Of a DNA stretch of 64,000 nucleotides, positions 54,100 through 63,575 are shown piece by piece. Each line of letters starts with the position of its first letter. The first letter of the stretch is position 1. The notes under the pieces are model-generated. The model saw only the letters and a program-made list of their open reading frames with translations, had not been told where the DNA came from and searched no databases. A program made the position numbers and the translations under genes. The stretch covers positions 17,699 through 81,698 of the forward strand of contig CAVOGK010000040.1 of the NCBI GenBank assembly GCA_963695395.1. Direction: 5' to 3'. The stretch is from an uncultured Thermoleophilia bacterium. GTDB lineage: Bacteria; Actinomycetota; Thermoleophilia; UBA2241.

Positions 54100-54528
54100 T
54101 CAAGCAGGCGGCGGCACCACCAGCACCGGGACCGGGCTCCGCTGGATGACGCCGAAGGCCGTCGAACCCAGCAGCAGCCCCCTGATCCTGCCCTCGCCAC
54201 TGGAGCCGACGACGATGAGGTCCGCGTCACGCTCCTCGGCCAGGCTGACGAGTGCCTGCACGGGGGCAAGCGGCACCGCCACGGCCTCCATGAGCTGGCA
54301 GGCGTCACCACAGCCGTCCATCACTTTGCGCATGCCCAGCTCGCAGGCTGCGCGCGTCTCTTCCCATCTGAATTCCTGCTCGGGAACGCGCCGCGGCGCG
54401 TAGTTCGGGGCCAGGCCGCTCGCGACTACGATGCGGCCGTCGAACTTCTTGGCCATCACGACCGCCGCGTCGAGGGCCGCTTTAGAGGCTTCCGAGTCGT
54501 CGAAACCGACGATGATCGTGTATGCCAT
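54100..54528 (-). CDS. Universal stress protein (UspA family)
   Basis: 142 aa. MAYTIIVGFDDSEASKAAL...DLIVVGSSGEGRIRGLLLGSTAFGVIQRSPVPVLVV. Confidence 0.85.
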   Translation of the reverse strand: MAYTIIVGFDDSEASKAALDAAVVMAKKFDGRIVVASGLAPNYAPRRVPEQEFRWEETRAACELGMRKVMDGCGDACQLMEAVAVPLAPVQALVSLAEERDADLIVVGSSGEGRIRGLLLGSTAFGVIQRSPVPVLVVPPPA

Positions 54529-54674
54529 GACTGGTTCCTCCTTCGTTCAGGTCGCACGCAACGGTCCATATGGACCGCCGCGTGCTCTTGACACGTGCTC
54601 GACACTACCGCTCTTCCCGTTCGGCGCCCCGACCTGACACTCGCGGGCGCTCACGGCGAACCCAGATCGATACG

Positions 54675-55469
54675 TCACCTGTCGCACAGGAACGCCCGCA
54701 CGACCGCGGTGAACGCGTGGGGGTCCTCGACATAGGGCATGTGACCCGCCCCCTCAAACACGTACAGCTCCGCGCCCTGGATGTGATCGGCGATCTGCTC
54801 TGCACAACGCGGAGGCGTGCAGATGTCGAGCGACCCCACCGTGACCAGGGTCGGGCACTCGATGCGGTGGAGCCTGTCTCGGGTGTCGTGGGTCAGCAGA
54901 GCCTCGGCCGACCTGCAGAACGCATCGACCGATTGGGCGTGAGGGTTCGCGACTGCGTCTGCCGCCCAGTCGTCGATCGTGCCTTCATCGTAGATGCGTG
55001 GCGCCAGGAACCAGACGTTGACGGCCACGAAGAAGTCATGCGGCGTAGGGGCGGCGCGGGCCAGCATCTGCCAGCCGCGGACCTCTTCCTGGAAGTGGCG
55101 ATCACTCACGCACCAGGTACCGTGCAGCACCAGCGTGCTCACCAGGTCGGGGTAGCGGAGCGCGAGTTCCTGGGCGATCGCTCCACCCATGGACGACCCT
55201 ACGACATGGGCCCGGGGGATGCCCAACACCTTCATCAGAGCCGCGGCATCCTCCGCGAACTGCGCGATGCTGTACTCCCCGTCGGGAGTCGAAGAGCGAC
55301 CGACTGCGCGGTTGTCGAACGTCGTGACGCGGTACGAATCGCTGAGCTCGGCAGCCTGCTCTGCCCAGCATGAGCCCTCGTCCGCGAGGCCGGCGATGAA
55401 GAGGACATCGGGGCCGTGACCGACTTGATCGACCCAGAGGTCGAGGTTCCCGATAGAGATCAAGGTCAT
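54675..55469 (-). CDS. Alpha/beta-fold hydrolase
   Basis: Start at MTLISIGN (ATG 55469). Nucleophile elbow VVGSSMGG, HGP oxyanion-type GHGPDVLFIAG, and C-terminal GAGHMPYVE. Confidence 0.8.
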   Translation of the reverse strand: MTLISIGNLDLWVDQVGHGPDVLFIAGLADEGSCWAEQAAELSDSYRVTTFDNRAVGRSSTPDGEYSIAQFAEDAAALMKVLGIPRAHVVGSSMGGAIAQELALRYPDLVSTLVLHGTWCVSDRHFQEEVRGWQMLARAAPTPHDFFVAVNVWFLAPRIYDEGTIDDWAADAVANPHAQSVDAFCRSAEALLTHDTRDRLHRIECPTLVTVGSLDICTPPRCAEQIADHIQGAELYVFEGAGHMPYVEDPHAFTAVVRAFLCDR

Positions 55470-55534
55470 AGCAAGACACCCCTTCCCGGCATCACGGCCA
55501 CAACAGCCTCGTCGATCGGCCCGACATCCTCCTC

Positions 55535-56557
55535 TCAGTACTTCGCGAGCGCGCAGGTCTCGATCATGGTTCGCACGTTCTCGATCGGCGTCTCGACACC
55601 GATGTCGCACCCGCCGGCTACGACGAATCCACCCCCTTCCCAGCCCTTGTCGATGCACTCCTCTGTGTCTCGGCGGACCTTCTCCGGACTGCCCATGAGC
55701 AGCGTGTCCGAGGGATCCACGTTCCCGATCAGGCAGATCGAGTCGCCGATCGCCTCCTTGACGAGCGCCACGTCGGCCGCGTAGTCGAAGGTGAAGGCTG
55801 CCGGCGCGATCTCCTTCACGTACGGGAGTATCTTCGTCGTGTCGCCGCAGACGTGGAGGATCGGCTTCAGTCCCAATTCCTTCACAGCTGCGCTCACACG
55901 CTTGGTCGAAGGCATCGCGAATCTGGCGAAATGTTTGGGCGAGACGACCGATCCGGAGGCGGACGGGTCGCAGATGGTCAGCCCGTGGACTCCGAGCGAC
56001 GCGTAGAGCCTCACCTCATCGATGACCACCTCGGTAGCGAAGTCCAGGAGCTCGTCGACCGCGTCCGGGCGATTGTAGAGGTCCGTCATGAGCTCGCTGA
56101 CTCCTCGCAGGTAGCTCGCCAGCGTGAACGGGGACGGGATGGTGGCGTAACAGAAGACTTCTTCCGCGAACTCTCTGAGCAGGATCTCGGCGCTGATCAC
56201 CGTGGCTTCAACCCGCTGGTCGGCTGTCCGATCGACGGCGCGCAGCCTGTCGACGTCCACGCCCGAGCTGAGCACGTGCTCCACGACGATGGGCTGGCCC
56301 GAGTCGGTGATCCTCGACCTGCACCCGAGCAAGTCGATGTTCATGATCCAGTCCCATACGACCTCGATGGCGTCGAACGGGCAGTCTCTCTGCGCCTCGG
56401 CGATCGCCTGGGCAGCCTTCTGGGGCTCGGCCAGGGAGGTGGGAATGGTCACCCCGAAGGCATCAAGCGCCCAGAAGCCCTGGAACGGCGGCGCCACCGG
56501 TACCTGGTCTGGGCGGTCGAGCGCCAGCGCCGTCTCGAATCTCTGTCGTCCATTCAT
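55535..56557 (-). CDS. URO-D-fold (MtaA/MtbA/CmuA-N/O-demethylase-type) corrinoid methyltransferase, copy 1
   Basis: GGGAG RBS plus ATG at 56557, 340 aa. MNGRQRFETALALDRPDQVPVAP...ICDPSASGSVVSPKHF...ILHVCGDTT...IGNVDP. Confidence 0.78.
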   Translation of the reverse strand: MNGRQRFETALALDRPDQVPVAPPFQGFWALDAFGVTIPTSLAEPQKAAQAIAEAQRDCPFDAIEVVWDWIMNIDLLGCRSRITDSGQPIVVEHVLSSGVDVDRLRAVDRTADQRVEATVISAEILLREFAEEVFCYATIPSPFTLASYLRGVSELMTDLYNRPDAVDELLDFATEVVIDEVRLYASLGVHGLTICDPSASGSVVSPKHFARFAMPSTKRVSAAVKELGLKPILHVCGDTTKILPYVKEIAPAAFTFDYAADVALVKEAIGDSICLIGNVDPSDTLLMGSPEKVRRDTEECIDKGWEGGGFVVAGGCDIGVETPIENVRTMIETCALAKY

Positions 56558-56639
56558 GCGTACTCCCTCGCGTTCACTGGACTTGGGGGCGGCCGCGTCG
56601 CGACCTTCAGACTCACACCCCGCGACGGGCCAAGGCCGG

Positions 56640-57296
56640 CTACATGCGCCGAAGCGACCCGACCATCTTGATGGCTTCAGAGACCGCGTTCGTGGGATTG
56701 TCCGCGTAGCCGTCCGCGCCGAACATGTCCGCGATCTCGCCGGTGACGGGAGCGCCACCGATCAGGATCTTCACGTCCGGGTTCTTCTCCCGCAGCGTCA
56801 CGATGGCCTTCTTCATGCCCAGCATGGTCGTGGTCATCATCGCCGAGAGCGCCACGATGTCCGCGTTGGTGGATATCTGCTTCTCGACGAATTCGTCGAT
56901 GGGCACATCGGAGCCCAGGTCGTGGACGGTGAAACCCGCGACCTCGAACATCATCTTGACGAGGTTCTTGCCGATGTCGTGGACGTCGCCCTCCACGACC
57001 CCGATGACCACCTCGCCCCTGACGGTCTCGCGACCTGTCATGTCGACGTGGGGCCTCAGGATGTCGAGGCCTGCATAGAGTGCATCGGCGCTCATGAGGA
57101 CCTCGGGCACGAAGTACTCCTGAGAGTCGAAGAGTTCGCCGACGACCTCCATCCCGGCGGCAAGACCGTCGAGAATCGCCGTGTAGGCGTCGTAGTTCTC
57201 GTCGACGACGGCCTGGGCCGCCGCTCTCACCTTGTCCTCGTCGAAGTCGATGACGCCCTGCTTCATGTCGGCGAGCAACTGATCCATGTCAGACAT
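56640..57296 (-). CDS. B12-binding corrinoid protein
   Basis: 218 aa. Cap helices, then GVVEGDVHDIGKNLV (DxHxxG), ALSAMMTTT and ILIGGAPV. Confidence 0.88.
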   Translation of the reverse strand: MSDMDQLLADMKQGVIDFDEDKVRAAAQAVVDENYDAYTAILDGLAAGMEVVGELFDSQEYFVPEVLMSADALYAGLDILRPHVDMTGRETVRGEVVIGVVEGDVHDIGKNLVKMMFEVAGFTVHDLGSDVPIDEFVEKQISTNADIVALSAMMTTTMLGMKKAIVTLREKNPDVKILIGGAPVTGEIADMFGADGYADNPTNAVSEAIKMVGSLRRM

Positions 57297-57384
57297 ATGG
57301 TCCTCCTGTCCGCCTGAGCCTCCGAGCCGGAGGCCCGGCTGAAGCTCCTCCCTGGCGGTTGATCGGTTGATTCCTTTGCGCCCG

Positions 57385-58413
57385 TCAGGCCTTGTGTCGT
57401 GGCGTCATCGCCTCGGTCGCGACGACCCACTCCCTGAGGTTCTCCACCGGCGTGTCGGGCCAGATGTCGCATCCCGGCCACACGGAGTCCACGTAGGGGG
57501 CGACCTCCGCCACGGCTTCACGTACGCCCTCGGGTGTGCCCTGGGAGAAGACTTCCCACGGATGCACGTTGCCGAGGATGACTGCTTCGGGGCCCAGCTT
57601 CTCGCGGCTGAGGGCGATCGTGTTCTTCTGGTCGACCGACACCGCATCGGCGCCGAGAGCCGCCATGTCTTCGATGATCATGTCCGTGCTGCCGCAGATG
57701 TGGTACACCGTCGGCAGGTCCCAAGTCGCGAGGATCCGCTCCGAGTAGCTCTTGATCAGCTTCTTGAACGAGCGAGGGGACAACACATCGGAAGTCGCGC
57801 CCATCTCGCGCAAGACCATGTAGTCCGCACCGGCGTCGATGTAGATCCTGGACTCCTGGATCAGGGCTTCTGTGAACTTCTCGAGCAACTCGGCCGCCCT
57901 CGCGGGCTCCTTGAGCGTGGTCTTGAGGGCCTCGTTGAGGTCCATGCTCTGGCCCGACAACGTGAAGGGCCCGAGGACCCACGAGCCGACCGCGACGTCG
58001 TCCCCGTAGCGCTCCTTGAGCTTCCTGATCGCCTCCGCCACCACGGGCACCCGCCCGGCGCTCGACCAGTCCTCCGGCATCCTGATATCGGAGGCCTCGT
58101 GGACGTACTTGTCCCGGAGCGTCGGATACAGGATGTCCTCCGAGTGCGGGTAGGTGTTGAGGGTCGCGCCGAGCGCTTCAGCGGTGACGCCCATGTCGAA
58201 GGGCACGTTGACCGAGGCCGTCCCGATGAGCTCGTGTGTGGCGGAAGCGGCGTCCGCCATCTCCTGCGCGTCGAGGTGGACGTGGGCGAAGCGCAGGTCG
58301 TACTTCTCCAGGCCCGCCACGACGACGTTGCCGAAACCGCTGAACGCCGGAACCTTGTCCACCGGCAGACCCTTGATGATGTTGAGTGCGCGTTCCTTGC
58401 TCGTCATTGTCAT
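57385..58413 (-). CDS. URO-D-fold corrinoid methyltransferase, copy 2
   Basis: 342 aa. MTSKERALNIIKGLPVDKVPAF...YMVLREMGATSDVLSPRSF...VYHICGST...LGNVHP. Confidence 0.78.
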   Translation of the reverse strand: MTMTSKERALNIIKGLPVDKVPAFSGFGNVVVAGLEKYDLRFAHVHLDAQEMADAASATHELIGTASVNVPFDMGVTAEALGATLNTYPHSEDILYPTLRDKYVHEASDIRMPEDWSSAGRVPVVAEAIRKLKERYGDDVAVGSWVLGPFTLSGQSMDLNEALKTTLKEPARAAELLEKFTEALIQESRIYIDAGADYMVLREMGATSDVLSPRSFKKLIKSYSERILATWDLPTVYHICGSTDMIIEDMAALGADAVSVDQKNTIALSREKLGPEAVILGNVHPWEVFSQGTPEGVREAVAEVAPYVDSVWPGCDIWPDTPVENLREWVVATEAMTPRHKA

Positions 58414-58492
58414 GCGTTCACTCCTCGATTCAAGATGATCGGCCGGCCTGGCGCGCAGTCCCGCGTCGCGACCCGCTCCCGGCTCCGCGTAG

Positions 58493-59452
58493 TCACTTCT
58501 CGCCCTTCAACGTCTTGACGAAGTCCGGGAACAGCCTGCACACGGGCGCCAGTTCGTTCTCCGTCAACTCGCCGGTCTCGGCATAGTGCATGGTCGAGAC
58601 CATCGTGTGAGCGGCTGCGACGGCCGGAAAGACGTGGTCGTTGCCCCACATCGGGCCGCTGAAGATGAAGTCGCCCCACAGCGCGATCGTCGCCGCGTGA
58701 GTCGCGGCGTCGACGGCGGCGAACGCGGCCTCGCCCCAGGTGTCCAGGTTCTCCTTCCACACCGATTTCTGCCACATGTACGTGCCGTTGGCGGAAGCCG
58801 CTCCCGCCGGGAGGCCGTACTTCTCTTTCACCAGCCGGTTGGAGAGAGCGCAGATACCGGTGGAGGGCAGGTTCATCACTGAAGTGTCGACCAGGATACT
58901 TTCGAAATTGCCGGGCGCAAGCTTGGGGAGCATGTCGTCCAGGGCCGACATGCGACCGCTGGGGAGCTGGTCGACCATGTCCATCACCACAGCGCAGACG
59001 TGTTTGACGCCGAGTTCCCGGATCTGCTCGACCTCGGCGGACACGTCGGGGCTCCAGACAGTCACGGAGTTGTAGAGCATCCGGTCCAGAAGGCCCAGCT
59101 CGGCAACGTAGCGTGTGGCCTCGATGCGCGGCTCGAGCTTCCACATGTCGATGGCGAACGGGATGTCAGTCGTCTCGACGTAGAAGTCCACGTACGCCTT
59201 CATCTCGTCGGCGGAGTTGGCCACCATGGCCACGATCACCGGCATACCCGTCAGTTCGGAGAGCACTTCCAGGCGCCTGATCTGCTCGGTCGCCATCGTC
59301 TTGTCGAACAGACGCTTCTGACGGCTTTCCACACAGGGGTCGCCCTTCTGGAAGAGCGACGGCATGACCAACGGCGGGTTGACGCCCGGCTGCCCGCCGA
59401 CCTTGACCTTCCCGATCGAGAAGACCTGCTGCTCCTTGTCAAATGTGAACAT
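58493..59452 (-). CDS. MtrH/CmuB-like methyl-tetrahydrofolate (pterin):corrinoid methyltransferase
   Basis: Start at MFTFDKEQQVFSIGKVKVGGQPGVNPPLV (compare the MtrH N-terminus MF.FDKEQ....G.KFGGQPGE), 319 aa. Confidence 0.83.
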   Translation of the reverse strand: MFTFDKEQQVFSIGKVKVGGQPGVNPPLVMPSLFQKGDPCVESRQKRLFDKTMATEQIRRLEVLSELTGMPVIVAMVANSADEMKAYVDFYVETTDIPFAIDMWKLEPRIEATRYVAELGLLDRMLYNSVTVWSPDVSAEVEQIRELGVKHVCAVVMDMVDQLPSGRMSALDDMLPKLAPGNFESILVDTSVMNLPSTGICALSNRLVKEKYGLPAGAASANGTYMWQKSVWKENLDTWGEAAFAAVDAATHAATIALWGDFIFSGPMWGNDHVFPAVAAAHTMVSTMHYAETGELTENELAPVCRLFPDFVKTLKGEK

Positions 59453-59489
59453 GCACTCACCCTTCGTCAGGTTCTGAGCCCGGCAGGAA

Positions 59490-61475
59490 TCATTCCGACT
59501 TGACGAGGCCGGCGAGACCTTCGGCCGCCAGGACCGAGGCAAGGTTCGCGAACTCGTCCTTCATGTGTGGGATATGCATCGCGCGTGCGAAGTCGTTCTG
59601 GAACGTGGGCTCGACGGAGAGCTCGACGTACTCGATCTTCCGGGCCCAGTAGTCCGCCTCGAGACGCTTCTCCGCGTCCAGAAGCGCCATGCGCGCACCG
59701 TCGCCGGCGGCATTGCCCACCGCGAACACCTTGTCCACGGGAACGTCGGGGAACATGCCGATCACCAGAGACTCCTCGCGGTCGATGAAAGACCCGAAGG
59801 CGCCGGCCAGCACGACCCGATCCAGGGCGTCGTAGCCCAGCTTCTTCATCATGATCTTCGCGCCGGCGTACATGGCCCCCTTGGCCAACTGCACGGCCCG
59901 CACGTCCCCGATCGTCATGGTGACGTCGCGCCCGATGGACGTCTCTTCGGCCCACGCGAGGACGAACTCGTCCCCTCCTTCGCCCTTGCGCACCCGCGGG
60001 CTGTCGATGTCCTTGTGGAACCTGCCGGACTTCTCGATGATGCCAGCCTTGAACAGCTCGGCGACGCCGTCGATGATGCCCGAGCCGCAGATGCCCTTGA
60101 CGCCGATCTCCTCGGGCGCCATCTCGTCACTCCAATTGTCGTTGCCGATGATCTTGTAGCGAGGTTCCTTGGTCTCCGGGTTGATGTAGATCTTCTCGAT
60201 GGCCCCCGGAGCCGCCCGCATCCCGAAGTTGATCTGGGCTCCTTCGAACGCGGGGCCCGTGGCGCAGGACGAGGAGATCAGGCGGTCCTTGTTGCCCATG
60301 ATGAGCTCGCCGTTCGTGCCGATATCGATGATCAGCTGGCGGTCTGCGCGCTTCCAGGGTTCTTCCGCGATGAGCACGCCGACGTTGTCGGCGCCGACGA
60401 AACCGGCTTCGTTCGGCAGCACGAACACGTTGGCGCCCGGGCAGAACTCCAGGCCGAGGTCGCGCGCCTTGATGTTGATCGAGTGGTGGAGCGACGGGGC
60501 ATACGGGGCCATGCCCAGGTTCTCGGGATAGATGCCGAGGAAGCAGTGGTGCATCGCTGTGTTGAAGACGATGGCCAGCTCGAGGATGTCCTCGTTGGTG
60601 TGACCCGCCGCGACCGCCACTCGGGCGGCGAGCGTGTTGACGCCCTCGATGATCGCGGCCTGGAGCTTGTCGATGCCGTCATCGTGGGACATCGCGTAGG
60701 TGATGCGGCTCATGACGTCCTCGCCGTACGGCACCTGCGGATTCATCATGGAGTCGTAACCGATGACCTCGCCGCTCTCGAGATCACACAGGTAGGCGGC
60801 CACGGACGTCGTGCCCACGTCGACCGCGAGTCCGATGCTCCGCTCGAGCTTGCCGGGCGCGACGCGCACGATCTCCGCTGCCGGGCCACCGGTCCAGATC
60901 GAGACCGACACCTTCCAGTCCCCCGTGCGGAGCGTGTCGGCGAGGCCCACCAGGACCCTGTAGTCGAGAATGGGGCGCTCGAGGCCGTGTTGCGCCTTCA
61001 AGGCGTCGCACAACCGCTCGTAGTCGCCCAGCGGGTCGTGCAGCGTGGGCGGGATCATCTCGACGTAGTACGTGCGCACCGAAGGGTTGACGTTGATCTT
61101 GCGATCGGTCACCGCCTTGCGCACGACCTGCCCGCCGACGCGCGCCTCCTCGGGAACGAAGACCACCAGGTCCCCGTGCACCTCGGCCACGCAGGCCAGT
61201 CGATAGCCCTCGGCCTGGCGCTCGGTCGTGAAGAACTTGTCCTCCACCGGCTTGTGTCCAGAGACGTGGGTGGGCGACGACACGACGCCGAACTTCTCGA
61301 AGATGCCGTCTTCGATGCGGACCTTGCACTTGCCGCACGTGCGCTTCTCGCCGCAGACCGCTTCGATGTCGACGCCGAGCTCGCGGCTGGCGTCCAGGAT
61401 CGACTTCCCGTCCTCGATCTGACCGCGGCTGCCGGACGGCTGGAAGATCACCATATGCGTCTTGTTGTCACTCAA
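59490..61475 (-). CDS. RACo-type ATP-dependent reductive activator of corrinoid proteins (2Fe-2S ferredoxin + ASKHA ATPase, DUF4445)
   Basis: 661 aa. N-terminal plant-type ferredoxin CGEKRTCGKCKV...LAC, and ASKHA phosphate motifs LAVDVGTTSVAAY and IIDIGTNGELIMG. The start overlaps the upstream stop by 8 nt. Confidence 0.85.
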   Translation of the reverse strand: MSDNKTHMVIFQPSGSRGQIEDGKSILDASRELGVDIEAVCGEKRTCGKCKVRIEDGIFEKFGVVSSPTHVSGHKPVEDKFFTTERQAEGYRLACVAEVHGDLVVFVPEEARVGGQVVRKAVTDRKINVNPSVRTYYVEMIPPTLHDPLGDYERLCDALKAQHGLERPILDYRVLVGLADTLRTGDWKVSVSIWTGGPAAEIVRVAPGKLERSIGLAVDVGTTSVAAYLCDLESGEVIGYDSMMNPQVPYGEDVMSRITYAMSHDDGIDKLQAAIIEGVNTLAARVAVAAGHTNEDILELAIVFNTAMHHCFLGIYPENLGMAPYAPSLHHSINIKARDLGLEFCPGANVFVLPNEAGFVGADNVGVLIAEEPWKRADRQLIIDIGTNGELIMGNKDRLISSSCATGPAFEGAQINFGMRAAPGAIEKIYINPETKEPRYKIIGNDNWSDEMAPEEIGVKGICGSGIIDGVAELFKAGIIEKSGRFHKDIDSPRVRKGEGGDEFVLAWAEETSIGRDVTMTIGDVRAVQLAKGAMYAGAKIMMKKLGYDALDRVVLAGAFGSFIDREESLVIGMFPDVPVDKVFAVGNAAGDGARMALLDAEKRLEADYWARKIEYVELSVEPTFQNDFARAMHIPHMKDEFANLASVLAAEGLAGLVKSE

Positions 61476-63571
61476 TCGTAGCCTCCCCTTGCCGGGCTCG
61501 TGCCTGCTGCGTCAGGACCTCCGCGAGATCGAGGACCGCAAAGGCCTCGCCTCTGTCCTTGGCGCCGTCCGAGAGCATGGTCATGCAATAGGGGCACGCG
61601 GTGGCGACGGTGTTCACCGCGGCCTCGACGGCCTCCTCGGTCCTCATGTGGTTGATGCGCTTGCCCTCGGGTTCCTCGAGGAAGACGCGGCCGCCGCCGC
61701 CGCCGCAGCAGAATGACTGCGCGCGGGCGCGAGGCAACTCCACGAGATCGAGGCCGGATACGGACTGGAGCACCTCTCTGGGCTGCTCGTAGATGTCCTC
61801 ATAGCGGCCCAGGTAGCAGGAGTCGTGGTACGCGATGCGTCCGAGGTCTCGCGACGCGGTCCTCGCGGCCAATCGTCCTTCCCGGAGCAGTCGGGCCAGC
61901 AACTCAGAGTGATGGACCACCTCGTAGTCTCGTTCCCCGTACTCATGCTTGAGGACGCGGTAGCAGTGGGGGCACGTGGCCACGACGTGTGCCGCCCCCG
62001 TCGCGGCGATGGCCGCCGAGTTGTCCTCGGCCAACGACTGGAACAGGAACTCGTTGCCCAGACGGCGGGCCGGGTCGCCACAGCACTTCTCGTCCGTACC
62101 AAGCGTGGTGAACGGCACGCCCGCCTCCTCGAGGAGGGCGGTGAACGCACGCGCCACCTGCTGGTTCCTCTTGTCGAAGGCGCCGGCGCATCCGACCCAG
62201 TACAGCCAGGTCTCGCTCACGGCGTCCCGCCTTCCGGCCCCGCAGCGACGGTGGGATCCGAGGGCGCGTCCACGCCGCCGGGGGAGCCGGCGGCCCATGC
62301 TCCCTGTCCGCCCAGCCGATGCCCCATGGGTTGTAGTTGGTCTCGATGTTGCGCAGGGCGAGCTGTCCCTCGGAGGGGATGGCCCCGGCGATCATGACGA
62401 GGAATTGACGCAACTCCACGAGCAGAGGGGCGTGCTCTATGTACACAGGGCACGCCTGTGCGCAGGCGCCGCACGTGGTGCACGCCCAGATCACGTTGTG
62501 CTCGATGGAACTCGGTCCCGAGGCCTCGGCGCCAACCTGAGCCCCGTCACCGGGGGCCTCCGGCTCGGCGTCTTTCGAGCGGGTCCCCAGCCGCCAGGTG
62601 AGCTGCGCGTCCTCGAGCCAGCGCCGCAGGTCGAGGACCACCTGCTTGGGAGTCAGGGCCTTGCCCGAAGCGTATGCGGGGCAGACATCCTGACACCGAC
62701 CGCAGCGCGTGCACGCCTCGAGCGCCAGGCGCGCCCGTCTGTCCAGCTCCGCCACGTCCCCGAGACCGTAGAGCTCCTTGGTCTCGTCGTTGAAGTCGAT
62801 TGCCGCGATCCTGCCCTTCCACGTGCGGTCCGCCGCGCTCATCTGGTTGGCCGGTGCCGTGGCGAGGTGCAGGAGCTTGGTGAACGGGACGATGGCGATC
62901 AGCACACAGGCGGTCAGCAGGTGGAACCACCAGAGCACCTGGTAGGTCACCTCGAGTGAGTCGGGGGACAGACCCGAGAACAACGCCGATAGAGCCCACC
63001 CCACGGGGCTCCAGAGCTCCCATTCGTCGGGGACGGCGGCCATGCGGATGCCCTCGAGCATGAACCCGACGGCGAGCACCACCAGGAGGGCGCCGAGGAC
63101 GACCAGGTCGTCGGGGCGGTTGTCCAGCCGGCTCGGCCGGATCAGATAACGGCGGACCATCGCCATGACCACGCCGATGACTGCCGCGAGGCCGAGCGCG
63201 TCCAGCGCCAGTGAGAGCCAGAGGTAGAAGTCACCCTGAAAGACCGGCAACCCAAGGTCAGCCTTCAACAGCACCATGAGCGTTCCGAAGGCCAGGACCA
63301 GCATGCCCCACAGGATGAACAGGTGCATGAGACTGGCGTAGAGGTCGGTCCAGAAGCGTCGCTGCAGGAATCCGTCGACGATGAGCGCGCGCGCGCGGCC
63401 CCAGCCCGACGACGCCAGAGCGCCACTCGCCCCGAGACGGATCAGGCGCACCCGTGCCCACATGCCGTAGAGGAACACGGCAGTCGCAAGCACCGCGGGC
63501 ACGTACAGCCATTCGTGCCCGGGAATCGCCCAGTAGATCTCTCGCGTGACCACTGACGCCTCTCCCACCAC
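61468..63571 (-). CDS. EtfD/HdrD-like membrane-bound Fe-S oxidoreductase (TM domain + 2x[4Fe-4S] + two CCG domains), two frame breaks as assembled
   Basis: GTG at 63571. About 5-6 TM helices. CTRCGRCQDVCP and CTTCGACAQACP. After NPWGIGWADRE the reading moves through a short third-frame piece (AWAAGSPGGVDAPSDPTVAAGPEGG) into ORF 61468-62298, which carries WLYWVGCAG, EKCCGDP, ATCPHC, SFCCGGGGG and ACPYC. Confidence 0.78.
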
Positions 63572-63575
63572 GCCG

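Noticed and set aside
53862-54311. 149-aa minus-strand ORF overlapping the usp gene and the lysA upstream region
   Set aside because: It is out of frame with the well-supported UspA ORF. Its composition is Arg/Pro/Ser/Trp-rich, and it has no recognisable domain.
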